A program made the translations under genes and the position numbers. From positions 1 through 64,000 of the forward strand of contig CAWGJO010000039.1 of assembly GCA_963822945.1 (NCBI GenBank): 64,000 bases of DNA, written 5' to 3'. Of this stretch, positions 32,813-44,835 are shown one piece after another. The first letter of the stretch is position 1. Every line of letters begins with the position of its first letter. The notes under the pieces were generated by a model. That model saw nothing but the letters and a program-made list of their open reading frames with translations. It was not told where the DNA came from and made no database searches. This stretch comes from an uncultured Gemmatimonadaceae bacterium. Its GTDB lineage: Bacteria > Gemmatimonadota > Gemmatimonadetes > Gemmatimonadales > Gemmatimonadaceae.

Positions 32813-33991
32813 TCAGATCGCGTCGATGGTGCGCCCCGCCAGACGTGCGATGAGCCCGAGGCGGAAGGTCACGTCGGTCCACCGTTCCTCGCCGGCCAGC
32901 TCCTCCTCGAGCGGATACATGGGCCACACGAAGGGGTTGTTGGTCTTCACCGCCTGCAACCCCTTGTGGGGGTGCCACACGCCGTCGGCGTCACGGTCGT
33001 CCAGGAAGCGATCGAACAACTTGGACCAGTTGTCGTTCAACTTCAGGAAGCCGAGCCGGGCCATCAGTTCGAGCCAGGCCAGAGCGCTCGCCACGTCCGC
33101 ATCGGCGGCGTTCCGATGCGGCAACTGGTCGCCCATGACCAGGTGCGCCTGGGCCGCGATTCGCCGCCCGAGCAGTTGCACGACCTCCTGGCGGGGCAGC
33201 GGCTGCGTGATCCACGCGTAGATGCGATCCATCACTTCCGCATGCTCGGTGCAGAAGAGCGGCATGTGCGCCAGCATGTTGAGCGCGTAGATGGACGGCG
33301 GAGCCGCCTCCGGCGCCAGCACGTGCTGGTTGCCCACCCGCATCCATGGCTTTTCGGCCAGCGGTGAGCGCAGGAAGTCGTTGATCCGATCGAGAATGCG
33401 CCGCGCTGCGCCCCGCAGTCTCGGATCGCCCTGATACCCGGCCTGCGCAAGGGCCGCCGCGGCGGCTTCGCGGAGGATCCCGCGGCCCCGGTGTACCATG
33501 TCGTCGTCCGGCGCCGCCTTGCCGCCGAACTCATACAGGAACTCCGGGTCGTCGTCCTCGGCGAGCAAGCGGAACAGGATCCGGCGCGCCTGCATCAGAG
33601 GCGGGGAGCCACGGTCCCAGCCGTACTCGAGCAGACGGACCACCGCATTGATCGTCCCCACGCCCTCAAAGTGCGTGGCACGCGGCGAGGGGAGGGTGAG
33701 CATCGTATGGGACCAGGTCCCATCGGCCGCCTGCGAAACGGCCAACAGGAGAGCAGACCGGTACGTATATGGCAGTGTCGCGGTACGGGCCTCGGGGGAC
33801 ATTTCGAGCTGCGCGACTTCGGTGATCGCGCGGTACCTGATGGCCGTGGAGGCGTGCTCGAGGAGCCACCCGAGCGGAAACCGCACCGGTGGTGGCGGCG
33901 GCGGGGGCGGGGGCGGCAGTACAGGCTCGGGCTGCTCGGGAACGTCAGCCACGAGATCGGGTTCAACGTTCGTGGTAGGCGGTAGGGTCAC
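32813..33991 (-). CDS. Hypothetical protein, possibly alpha/alpha-toroid (prenyltransferase-like repeats)
   Basis: Helical sequence; QAADGTW and DADGVW QW-like motifs; Pro-rich N-terminus. Confidence 0.7.
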   Translation of the reverse strand: MTLPPTTNVEPDLVADVPEQPEPVLPPPPPPPPPPVRFPLGWLLEHASTAIRYRAITEVAQLEMSPEARTATLPYTYRSALLLAVSQAADGTWSHTMLTLPSPRATHFEGVGTINAVVRLLEYGWDRGSPPLMQARRILFRLLAEDDDPEFLYEFGGKAAPDDDMVHRGRGILREAAAAALAQAGYQGDPRLRGAARRILDRINDFLRSPLAEKPWMRVGNQHVLAPEAAPPSIYALNMLAHMPLFCTEHAEVMDRIYAWITQPLPRQEVVQLLGRRIAAQAHLVMGDQLPHRNAADADVASALAWLELMARLGFLKLNDNWSKLFDRFLDDRDADGVWHPHKGLQAVKTNNPFVWPMYPLEEELAGEERWTDVTFRLGLIARLAGRTIDAI

Positions 33992-34148
33992 GGCGTCGCA
34001 GGAATCGGGTGGAAGGGCGATGTCGTACCATCCTCGACTACGGGCGCGTAAGCATAGCGGTTTTCGGGTGATGCGCTAGAGGGCAAAGTATAAGTGCCTT
34101 GACCGCAATCACTTGAGTGCAGGGTTCCCATTCTTTCAGGAGCGTTTC

Positions 34149-34538
34149 ATGCGTAAGTTGGCGATGGTGGCACTGGCAGTGCTGTGCATGGGGGGCACCG
34201 CTTCCGTAGCGGCCGCCCAGGGTGGCATGGGCGGCGGACGCGGTCCGCGCATGTCGCCGATCGATCGGGTGCTGACGCAGCCGACGGCGATCACGCTGAC
34301 GGCGGATCAGCAGAAGACGGTCGACAGCCTCAAGACCGCGATGACCGAAGAGCAGCGTTCGGCGCGCGAGGCGGGTGGCGGCGACCGGCAGGCGATGATG
34401 GGCAAGTTCCAGGAAATCAACAAGAAGTACATGGATGCCGTGCGGGCCCTGCTCACCCCCGAGCAGCAGAAGACGTTCGATGAGAACGTCGCGGCGATGC
34501 CGCAGCGCGGGCGGCGAGGCGGGGGCGGAGGGCGCTGA
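34149..34538 (+). CDS. Spy/CpxP-like (LTXXQ) periplasmic protein
   Basis: AGGAG RBS; signal peptide; LTADQ and LTPEQ motifs. Confidence 0.8.
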   Translation: MRKLAMVALAVLCMGGTASVAAAQGGMGGGRGPRMSPIDRVLTQPTAITLTADQQKTVDSLKTAMTEEQRSAREAGGGDRQAMMGKFQEINKKYMDAVRALLTPEQQKTFDENVAAMPQRGRRGGGGGR

Positions 34539-34564
34539 GTCCGCCACCCACTACGCATGACACA

Positions 34565-34592
34565 GCGGGCCGCTCCGAATGGGGCGGCCCGT
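34565..34592 (+). terminator. Terminator-like hairpin
   Basis: gcgggccgctcc-gaat-ggggcggcccgt after the Spy-like gene; weak U-tract. Confidence 0.6.
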
Positions 34593-34689
34593 CGTCATTC
34601 GGGACCTGCTGGACCCGGATGCGTGCTGCGGCGATCTTGTCACGCGATGCCCGTCACGCCTCCGCTCACCGAACCCCGCCCCCCGCACC

Positions 34690-35511
34690 GTGCGCGGTGA
34701 ATTCGTCGACGTCGGCGGCGTCCGACTCTATTATTACGCCGCCGGTACGCGCGGCGCCGGCGAACCGCTGGTGCTCGTGCACGGCTTCCCCACGTCGGGC
34801 CACCTGTGGAGCGAGGTGGTCCCACTGCTCCCATCGGGGCATCGCGTCGTGGTCCTCGACCTACTCGGCTACGGCCGCAGTGACCGCCCCGGGACCCAGC
34901 GGCTGGACGTGGATGCGCACGCCGATCGCGTGCTTGCGATGCTCGACGTGCTGCGCATCCGCGAGGCCGCCGTCGTGGGACACGGGCTCGGGGGCGGCGT
35001 CGCGCAGTCGCTCGCCGTGCGCTTTCCGGCCCGCGTCTCGCGGCTCTGCCTGGTGGACAGCGCGGCCTTCGACGCCTGGCCGGCCCGCGGGTTCCGGCTC
35101 TGGCGCCGTCTGCACGCACTGGTCGCCGTGACGCCGCCGTCGTGGATCCAGTCGATGCTGCGCACCTCGCTGCAGCGGGGCTACGCCAACGCGGATCAGG
35201 GGCTGCACTCCCTCGAGCGCTACGCGCGCGTATTCGCGTCCGTCGACGGACGCGCCGCGTTCGTCCGTCATCTCCGTGCGCTCGATCCGGCGCAGACGGC
35301 AGCCATCGCCCCGCAGTTGTCGCGCATCGCCGTACCGACGGCGGTCGTGTGGGGACAGGGGGATCCGTTCATCCCGCTCGCCGTGGGGGAACGGCTCCGC
35401 GACGCGATTCCCGGCGCAACGCTCGACGTGGTGCCGAGCGCGCGCCACTACCTGCCCGAGGACACGCCGGCGGCCCTCAGTGCCGTGATCGCCCACCTGC
35501 TCGCGCGTTAG
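34690..35511 (+). CDS. Alpha/beta hydrolase fold protein
   Basis: LVHGFP, DLLGYG.SD, VGHGLGG (Gly at the nucleophile position), WG..D, RHYLPED. Confidence 0.85.
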   Translation: MRGEFVDVGGVRLYYYAAGTRGAGEPLVLVHGFPTSGHLWSEVVPLLPSGHRVVVLDLLGYGRSDRPGTQRLDVDAHADRVLAMLDVLRIREAAVVGHGLGGGVAQSLAVRFPARVSRLCLVDSAAFDAWPARGFRLWRRLHALVAVTPPSWIQSMLRTSLQRGYANADQGLHSLERYARVFASVDGRAAFVRHLRALDPAQTAAIAPQLSRIAVPTAVVWGQGDPFIPLAVGERLRDAIPGATLDVVPSARHYLPEDTPAALSAVIAHLLAR

Positions 35512-36778
35512 CGCGCTTCGCCCGCACGCTGTCGGGGCGGACCGGCGCGCGCAACGCCGCCTCCGTGTACTCGCTGGCGGGATTCCAGAGCATCCAACTC
35601 CGGATCCCGGCATCCTCGCCGGCCCGGATCTGCGCGCGCACCTGCGCCTCGCCGTAGGCCGGCACGCCACGCGTGAAGTCCTGATACCAGGGTACGAGGC
35701 GGGCCGCGCCGGGCATGGCCGCGTTGCGGCGCTTCGCATCGGCGAGCGCGCGGCGCACGGTCTCGTACGGCTGAGCGTTCGGGTTGGCCAGGCCGAAGGT
35801 TCCCGCCGGGAAGAGCGAGGGGTACTCCCTCGGCATGAGTACGTCGGTGCGATCGGCGATCGCCTCCCACCGCTGTCCGACGCCCAGGTCGGAGGAGTCG
35901 ACCGCCGCCAGGCCGCTCACCGCGATTGCCATCGGCACGTTGAGGACCGACATCCGCGAGCGCAGAAACCCGAGCTGCGCGCGAATCACCTCGCCCAGCG
36001 TCCGTCCGTCGGGCGAGGTGAGTTCCACGCGCTCGCTCTCCCCGGTCGAGGTCGGAAAGCGCACGTCGTCGAACTGCACTTCGCTGAATCCGCGCGCCAC
36101 CGCCTCCGAGGCGAGGTCGGCCGCGTACGCCCATACCTCGCGGTGGCGCGGGTCGAGCCAGGCGCTCCGCTCGGGATCGTCGGCCCGGCGCATGACGGCC
36201 CACTGCGGGCGATGCGCCGCCAGCACGGGATCCCGCCCCACCACGATGCGGGCCACGGCGTAGATGCGGTACTTCCGCAGGGAATCCATGAGCGTGTGCA
36301 GACGCCGTACCGGCATCGCCCGCACGGTGTCGGCGCCGATGACGTGGGCCAGTCCGACGGTCGACGGATAGAGCAGGAGACCGTTCTCGTCCTTGACGTC
36401 GAACACCAGCGCGTTGACCTGCGTGTGCCGGGCCAGTTCGATGAGTCGCCAGACGCCCGGCCCCTGCGCTACCAAACGATTCACGTACAGTCCGCGCACG
36501 GGATTGGGTGTCGCCAGGTGCCGCACTCGTGCCGGCCGGGCCGGCGTGCGCGGGCCCGCGTCGCTGGCCGATCCGGTGTCGGTCGTTGACGCCGTATCCC
36601 GCATCGCCGCCGCCACGCTGTCCGCCCGGAGGCGGTCGGCATGGGGCATGGCCGGGGAACGCGCCGCGGCGGTGGTGGTTCCGGTGGCAGCCGGCGCGCG
36701 GCGGGCTCCCGACTGGTCGCCTCCACAGGCCGCCACCACCGCGGCGAGGAGGACCGTGGCAAGGGGTTCAAATCGCAT
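35477..36778 (-). CDS. Lipoprotein, putative glycoside hydrolase (DUF4015-like)
   Basis: VAA|C lipobox; VRGLY, NALVFDVKD..G, ARIVV..D, WLDP, GF.EVQFD.VRFP, PWYQDF, WNP.S.Y. Confidence 0.85.
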   Translation of the reverse strand: MRFEPLATVLLAAVVAACGGDQSGARRAPAATGTTTAAARSPAMPHADRLRADSVAAAMRDTASTTDTGSASDAGPRTPARPARVRHLATPNPVRGLYVNRLVAQGPGVWRLIELARHTQVNALVFDVKDENGLLLYPSTVGLAHVIGADTVRAMPVRRLHTLMDSLRKYRIYAVARIVVGRDPVLAAHRPQWAVMRRADDPERSAWLDPRHREVWAYAADLASEAVARGFSEVQFDDVRFPTSTGESERVELTSPDGRTLGEVIRAQLGFLRSRMSVLNVPMAIAVSGLAAVDSSDLGVGQRWEAIADRTDVLMPREYPSLFPAGTFGLANPNAQPYETVRRALADAKRRNAAMPGAARLVPWYQDFTRGVPAYGEAQVRAQIRAGEDAGIRSWMLWNPASEYTEAALRAPVRPDSVRAKRANARAGGRSRH

Positions 36779-36794
36779 GACGCAACCTAATGAC

Positions 36795-38807
36795 TCAGAG
36801 CCGGCGGACCTCGTCCGCGGCATCGAGCACGTGGCCGATGTCGCGCGACAGCGCGCGCGCTTCCTGTGTGGCGCTCGTCACGTCGCCCAGCGCCGAGTCG
36901 ATGCCCGCGGAGCGGAGCTTCACGAGATCGAGCTTGAGATTCTGCAGAGCCACACAGGCGCTCTCGAAGCGGGCCACCAGACGGGCCCGCCGCTCCAGCA
37001 GATCGTGCACCGTGCTCCGTTGCCGCTCGAGCAGGGACAGGCGGCGCTCCCGCTCCGGGGTATCCGGTTCCTGCTTCAGTTCGGCGATCCGTTTGTCGAG
37101 CACGCCGAGGTTGGCGCCGGAGACATCGGCGTCCAGCGTGTGCAGCGTGGTGGCCAGCGATCCGATGCGATCGCCGAGCGCGGTGACCGTGGGCTCGATC
37201 TCGGGCAGCATCTGCCGCTCCGTGGGGGTGAGCTTGGCCAGCACCTCGCGAATGACGATGCGGTCGCCGGCGGCCCGCCGCACCGCGGCCCCGTGCGGGC
37301 CGGCGAGCACCGCGTCGCCGGCCAGCGGGGCCTCGGCCGGCGGGAGGGCGCTGCGGGCCGGCGCAGGCGCGGGCATCGACTGCCCCGGAGTTCCCGGCGC
37401 GCCCCGCTCACCCGGGCGCCCTCGGCGGAAGAGTTGTTTGAGCGTCGCGCCGTCGGCCCACAGCGTGCTCCACCGGCGGATGAGGCCGATGCCGATGCCG
37501 AGCGCCGGGAACAGCCACCACCAGAACTCCGGCGAGGTGAGCATGTTGATGCCGAACAGGAAGAGCAACGTGGACAGATTGCCCACGAGCCGCCGGCGAA
37601 AAGCCGCGACGCGTTCGTCGAGCGGCCGTTGCGGGTCGTCGCGGATGTCGTGGACCACCGCGCGGATCTCACGCCGCTGGTCCCGAATGGCATGCCGATG
37701 ATCGCGCCCCTGATCGCGCAACTGCGCCCGCTGGCTTCTGAATTCGGCGGCCCGCTCGCGCAGCTCGGCGGTCCAGTCGCGCCAGTCTTCGCGGTCGTAG
37801 CTCGCCGGCGGCGGCGGGACGACGAACGAGGGCCCTCCGATCATGTGCACGCCGATGCCCGACGACCGCGGCGGCGCGCCCGGCGATCCACCGTTCACCG
37901 GTGACGGGACGTAGCCGGTGGCGGAAAGCTGTTCGAGGCGAGGTGGCGCGGCCGGCGCATCGGCGGACGTCGTTGCGCGGATCGCGTCGCGAAACGCCGC
38001 GCCGTCGGGCCAGCGTGCCGCCGGTTCCTTGGCCAACGCGGTCTCGACGGCCTGCACGATCGGCGCCGGCGCGTCGGGCCGCTTCTCGCGAATCGGGCGG
38101 GGCGTTTCCGACACGTGCTTGACCAGCATCGCCGGCGTGTTGACGGCGGTGAACGGTTGCTCGCCGGTGAGCATCTGGTAGGCCACGACGCCCAGCGAGT
38201 AGATGTCGCTGCGTCCGTCCACGTCGCGCTCGCCGAGGGCCTGCTCGGGCGACATGTACGCGGGCGTCCCCACCGCGACACCGGTCACCGTGAGCCGCGA
38301 GTCGCCGGCCGCGGCGCGCGCGATGCCGAAATCCGTCACCATGGTCCGGCCGCTCGCGCGATCGAGCATGATGTTGTCCGGCTTGATGTCGCGGTGCACG
38401 ACGCCCTTCTTGTGCGCATAGTCGAGCGCGTCGGCCACGTCGCCGATCACGCGGCGCACCTCGTCGAACGACGACCGGCCGATGTCGTGCAGGTGCTCGG
38501 CGAGCGTCTTCCCCTCGACCAGCGCCATGACGAAGTACACCACCCCGTCGCGCTCGTCCACCGAGTAGATGGGCACGATGTTCGGGTGGTTCAGCTGCGC
38601 CGCCATCTGGGCTTCGCGCAGGAAACGCGTCTTCACGTCGGCGTTGAAGGCGAGGTCTGGCGGGAGCAGCTTGATGGCCACGTGTCGGTTGAGCCGCAGG
38701 TCGAGCGCGCGGTACACCGCCGCCATGCCGCCGCGCCCGATCTCCGCTTCGACCAGGTAGTGATCCCCGACCGCCGCGACCAGTCGATCCTGCAGGTAGT
38801 CGCTCAC
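36795..38807 (-). CDS. Hanks-type Ser/Thr kinase with 2TM region and C-terminal coiled-coil
   Basis: GRGGM, VAIK, HRDIKPDN, DFG, GTPAYMSPEQ; FGINMLTSPEFWWWLFPALGIGIGL 2TM-like segment. Confidence 0.95.
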   Translation of the reverse strand: MSDYLQDRLVAAVGDHYLVEAEIGRGGMAAVYRALDLRLNRHVAIKLLPPDLAFNADVKTRFLREAQMAAQLNHPNIVPIYSVDERDGVVYFVMALVEGKTLAEHLHDIGRSSFDEVRRVIGDVADALDYAHKKGVVHRDIKPDNIMLDRASGRTMVTDFGIARAAAGDSRLTVTGVAVGTPAYMSPEQALGERDVDGRSDIYSLGVVAYQMLTGEQPFTAVNTPAMLVKHVSETPRPIREKRPDAPAPIVQAVETALAKEPAARWPDGAAFRDAIRATTSADAPAAPPRLEQLSATGYVPSPVNGGSPGAPPRSSGIGVHMIGGPSFVVPPPPASYDREDWRDWTAELRERAAEFRSQRAQLRDQGRDHRHAIRDQRREIRAVVHDIRDDPQRPLDERVAAFRRRLVGNLSTLLFLFGINMLTSPEFWWWLFPALGIGIGLIRRWSTLWADGATLKQLFRRGRPGERGAPGTPGQSMPAPAPARSALPPAEAPLAGDAVLAGPHGAAVRRAAGDRIVIREVLAKLTPTERQMLPEIEPTVTALGDRIGSLATTLHTLDADVSGANLGVLDKRIAELKQEPDTPERERRLSLLERQRSTVHDLLERRARLVARFESACVALQNLKLDLVKLRSAGIDSALGDVTSATQEARALSRDIGHVLDAADEVRRL

Positions 38808-40777
38808 CGCCGTTCAGCCGCCGACCCGGCCTCTCCCCCGGCTCCGCCTCCGCGACTCATGGCATCGGCGACGTACACGGCGCTGTCCACGCTGTCGGCC
38901 AGGTTGAGCGCGTTCACGGCGAGCGAAGTGATGTGCTGGTGCGTCTGCATGCCGGCGCGCAGCCGCAGCACGTCGAGCTTCATGTTGCGGAGGGCCAGCG
39001 CGCACGTTTCCAGCCGCGCCGACGTCGCGGCGCGCTTCTGCTCGAGGTCCACGATCGCCCGTCGTTGCCGCTTGAGATAGGCCAACCGGTGTACCCGTTC
39101 CTCGCTGGCGCGGTAGTCGAGCGGGTTGGCGGCGCCCTCCAGGCGTTCGATCTCGGCCTCGTAGGCGGCCATGCCGCCGGGCACGGTGTTGTGGTCCAGA
39201 TCGGCGAGGGCGATTGCCAGCCCCTGCACCTTCTCGTGCAGCGCCGCCGCCGACCGGATCACGTCGGGCACGCGGTCGCGGTCGGCCGCGGGCATCGACT
39301 CGATGAGCCGGACGATCTCGTCGCGGTCGGCGTTCGCCTGCCGCACCGTGTCGGCATAGGGCCCCGCGGCCTGGGCGAGGGTGCCGTCGTCCAGGCGGGG
39401 GCCGGGCAGCGCGCCGGCCACGCCGACTCCCGACGAACGGCGCTGCAACCGCCGCTGCCGCCGCTTGTCGAGCAGGGTGCGCCGCTTCTTGGAGTCGAAC
39501 ACCGCGCGCACGTGCTCCATGAGGTCGTCGAACACCTCCATGAGCGACCGGTCGCGCGGTTGCTGGAACACGTCGCGCCAGTCGTAGCCGTCGCTCCACA
39601 GCTTCGCATACCGGAACGCCATCCAGATGCTCCACAGCACCGTGATGCCGGTGAGTCCGGTGCCGAACAGCACCGACATCAGGATGATGACGCCATTCAC
39701 GTACAGATACGGCCACACCTTCCGCCGGAACGCGCGGACCTGCGGCGCGTCCCAACGGCGAATGTCGTCGGACGTGGGCACGTACGGCCCCATATCGAAC
39801 GCGGCCGCGGCAAGGGGCGCTCCACCGCCGATGCCCGGATTCCGGGACGAATCGGGGGCCGGCGACCGCCCCACGGCTCCCGGCATGGGACTCGTGGGAG
39901 GAGCCGGCATCAGCCCGCCGTCGAGCGCCTTCACCAGGTCGCCCGCCGACGGGAACCGGTTGGCCGGATCCTTCTCGAGCATCAGCATCACGGCGCGCGC
40001 CAGATCCGGCGGCACGTCGGCCCGCCGCTGGGTGATCGGCACGGGCGCTTCCGAGATGTGCTTGACCAGCATCGCGGGGGTGCTGCCGGCCGAGAATGGC
40101 GGCTCCCCGGCGAGCATCTGGTAGGCCACGATCCCGAGCGCGTACAGGTCGCTGCGGCCATCGATCACCCGCTCGCCTGCCGCCTGTTCGGGCGACATGT
40201 AGGCCGGCGTGCCGATCGCCATGCCGGTGGCCGTGAGCCGCGAGTCCCCGTCGCTCACGGCGCGTGCGATCCCGAAGTCGGTGACCATCGGCCGCCCGTT
40301 CTCGGCGTCGAGCAGGATGTTGTCTGGTTTGATGTCGCGGTGCACGACGCCGCGCTCATGGGCGTAGGCCAGCGCGTCGGCCACGTCGCGCACGATGCGG
40401 CGCACCTCGTCCACCGGCAGCACCCCGCGGTCGTGCAGGCGCTTGGCGAGGTTGTCGCCGCTGATGTACGCCATCTCGAAGAACACCAGCCCCTCCGACT
40501 CATCCACCGTGTAGATCGGCACGATGTTCGGATGGCTCAGCTGCGCCGCCGTTTCGGCTTCGCGCAGGAATCGGGTCTTGATCTCTCGGCGGAACGCGAG
40601 TTCGGGCGGGAGCACTTTGATCGCCACGGTTCGCTTGAGACGACGATCACGCGCGCGATAGACGACGCCCATGCCCCCACGCCCGATTTCGGCATCCAGC
40701 TCGTAGTGCGCACTGAGCGCGCGCTCCACGAGCGCGCGCATCTCGGAGTCCGCAGACGGGACGACGGGGTCAGACAC
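38804..40777 (-). CDS. Hanks-type Ser/Thr kinase, paralog with the same architecture
   Basis: Same catalytic motifs; TM hairpin (YLYVNGVIILMSVLFGTGLTGITVLWSIW); related C-terminal helix. Start uncertain (40741-40810). Confidence 0.95.
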   Translation of the reverse strand: MSDPVVPSADSEMRALVERALSAHYELDAEIGRGGMGVVYRARDRRLKRTVAIKVLPPELAFRREIKTRFLREAETAAQLSHPNIVPIYTVDESEGLVFFEMAYISGDNLAKRLHDRGVLPVDEVRRIVRDVADALAYAHERGVVHRDIKPDNILLDAENGRPMVTDFGIARAVSDGDSRLTATGMAIGTPAYMSPEQAAGERVIDGRSDLYALGIVAYQMLAGEPPFSAGSTPAMLVKHISEAPVPITQRRADVPPDLARAVMLMLEKDPANRFPSAGDLVKALDGGLMPAPPTSPMPGAVGRSPAPDSSRNPGIGGGAPLAAAAFDMGPYVPTSDDIRRWDAPQVRAFRRKVWPYLYVNGVIILMSVLFGTGLTGITVLWSIWMAFRYAKLWSDGYDWRDVFQQPRDRSLMEVFDDLMEHVRAVFDSKKRRTLLDKRRQRRLQRRSSGVGVAGALPGPRLDDGTLAQAAGPYADTVRQANADRDEIVRLIESMPAADRDRVPDVIRSAAALHEKVQGLAIALADLDHNTVPGGMAAYEAEIERLEGAANPLDYRASEERVHRLAYLKRQRRAIVDLEQKRAATSARLETCALALRNMKLDVLRLRAGMQTHQHITSLAVNALNLADSVDSAVYVADAMSRGGGAGGEAGSAAERR

Positions 40778-41006
40778 TCGGCGAGCTCGTTTTAGGGCTG
40801 AATACGGCATTCTAGCACTGCGGGATACATCTGGAAAGGACGCGCCGGTTCGGCAGAATCCCTACGTCAGACTAGCGGGTAGAAGTTGCAAATCCCGCCA
40901 GCGTGTCGTAACTCCTAGACAGCCTCAAGGGGCGACGCGGCAACGCGTTGGCTCGACGAGGGGACTAAGTGTATGCGGGCTCTCACTTACCCTCATCGGC
41001 CAGATG

Positions 41007-41022
41007 TGGAACGGAGTCTGCA
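41007..41022 (+). promoter_or_regulatory. Candidate sigma-54 (-24/-12) promoter for lon
   Basis: TGGAACG-GAGT-CTGCA versus consensus TGGCACG-N4-TTGCW; exact GG-N10-GC spacing. Confidence 0.5.
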
Positions 41023-41076
41023 TCGTGCGGTACTGCCGATTGTCGGCATTACCTCTTTCTGGAGTATCTGTTTCGC

Positions 41077-43672
<2,596 letters not shown>

Positions 43673-43699
43673 GCGACTGCTCCGGAGACGCGGCGGCTC

Positions 43700-43729
43700 A
43701 CGCGGTCCCGGTTCCAGCCGGGACCGCGT
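43700..43729. terminator. Hairpin between convergent lon and GNAT genes
   Basis: acgcggtcccgg-ttccag-ccgggaccgcgt, a 12-bp perfect stem. Confidence 0.75.
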
Positions 43730-43736
43730 CGTGCGT

Positions 43737-44756
43737 TCATACCCTGGCGCGCGCGTCCCAGGCCGTCACCGGTTCGCCGCCGAACCCCCGCTTGAACCGG
43801 TACAGCCCGTGGTCGGGATGGGCGTCGTCGGCCGCGCCCGCCGGCACGCCGCCCAGGTGGAGCTCCGTGACCCCTGCGGCACACAGCTCGCGGATCACGT
43901 GCGCGAACGCGCCGAACGGGGCGCGAACCCGGTAGCCTTCGGCGGCGGTACCACCCACCAGGTAGTAGGCGCGCGACCCGTAGACCAGGATGCCGAGCGC
44001 CGAGAGCGGCCGGCCGTCGCGCTCCACGAACCAGAAGCGGATGCCCCCGGCGCGCAGCCAGGCCTCGATGGTCTGTTGATAGTGCTCATCGGACATGGGG
44101 CGAGCATGCGTCTGCCCCATCTCCCAGCGGCGGGCGTAGGTCGTGTCCTGCAACCGACGCAGCGTCATGGCGCCGTTCATGGAGGAGTCTTCGCGGAGAT
44201 CGAAGCCTTCAGCCACCGCCTTTCGCACGTTGCGCCGGTGGCCCGACGACATGCCGGACAGGGTCGCATCGAGACTCTCGCCGAGCGGCACCGGGAATTC
44301 GAGGCGCGGGCTCACGGTGAAGCCGAGTTCCCCGAGCGTCTCCGTGGCCGATGGACGCAGCGAGGCGTACGCTGAACACTGCAGCCAACCGAAGCGCTGT
44401 TGCCTGGCGAACGCGCGAAGCGCCCGCACGGCTTCGTGCAGATCGGCGTCGGCCCGCAGGAGCGGGGTGGTGTTCAGTTCCAGTTGGCTGCGGCGTGCCC
44501 CGAGGATCGGCAGCCTGGACCGAGCCCCTCCGGCGACCGCGAATCCGACCGGTTCCTCGCCGTCGACGAACTCGAGGAACCACCGCTCCTGCCCGAGCGA
44601 CTCGAGCACGCCGCCCCATCCGGCGCCATGAAAGGCGTTGCCGCCCATGTTCCGCACCTGCGCGTCCCAATCCGGCGGCGGCACGTCGCGTGTGGCGCGG
44701 ATGGAGAGCGGGGCGCGCCCCGGTCCGGACGGGGTTCCCGACAGAGGATGTGTCAT
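43737..44756 (-). CDS. FemAB-like / GNAT family acyltransferase
   Basis: WD..V....F...W, RRNVRKA...G, GLYRFKRGFGG. Confidence 0.8.
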   Translation of the reverse strand: MTHPLSGTPSGPGRAPLSIRATRDVPPPDWDAQVRNMGGNAFHGAGWGGVLESLGQERWFLEFVDGEEPVGFAVAGGARSRLPILGARRSQLELNTTPLLRADADLHEAVRALRAFARQQRFGWLQCSAYASLRPSATETLGELGFTVSPRLEFPVPLGESLDATLSGMSSGHRRNVRKAVAEGFDLREDSSMNGAMTLRRLQDTTYARRWEMGQTHARPMSDEHYQQTIEAWLRAGGIRFWFVERDGRPLSALGILVYGSRAYYLVGGTAAEGYRVRAPFGAFAHVIRELCAAGVTELHLGGVPAGAADDAHPDHGLYRFKRGFGGEPVTAWDARARV

Positions 44757-44835
44757 TCAGGCCCGCGGGCAGTCTCGGTGCATGTCCGTCGGTCGAATCG
44801 AGTGTTGGTGATGGTCGCCGGCCGGTGGGGCGGCG

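Noticed and set aside
43673..43935. Lon C-terminal extension overlapping the GNAT gene by about 200 bp
   Set aside because: Removing one G near 43655 gives a stop at 43670-43672, followed by a terminator hairpin. The extension is not Lon-like.
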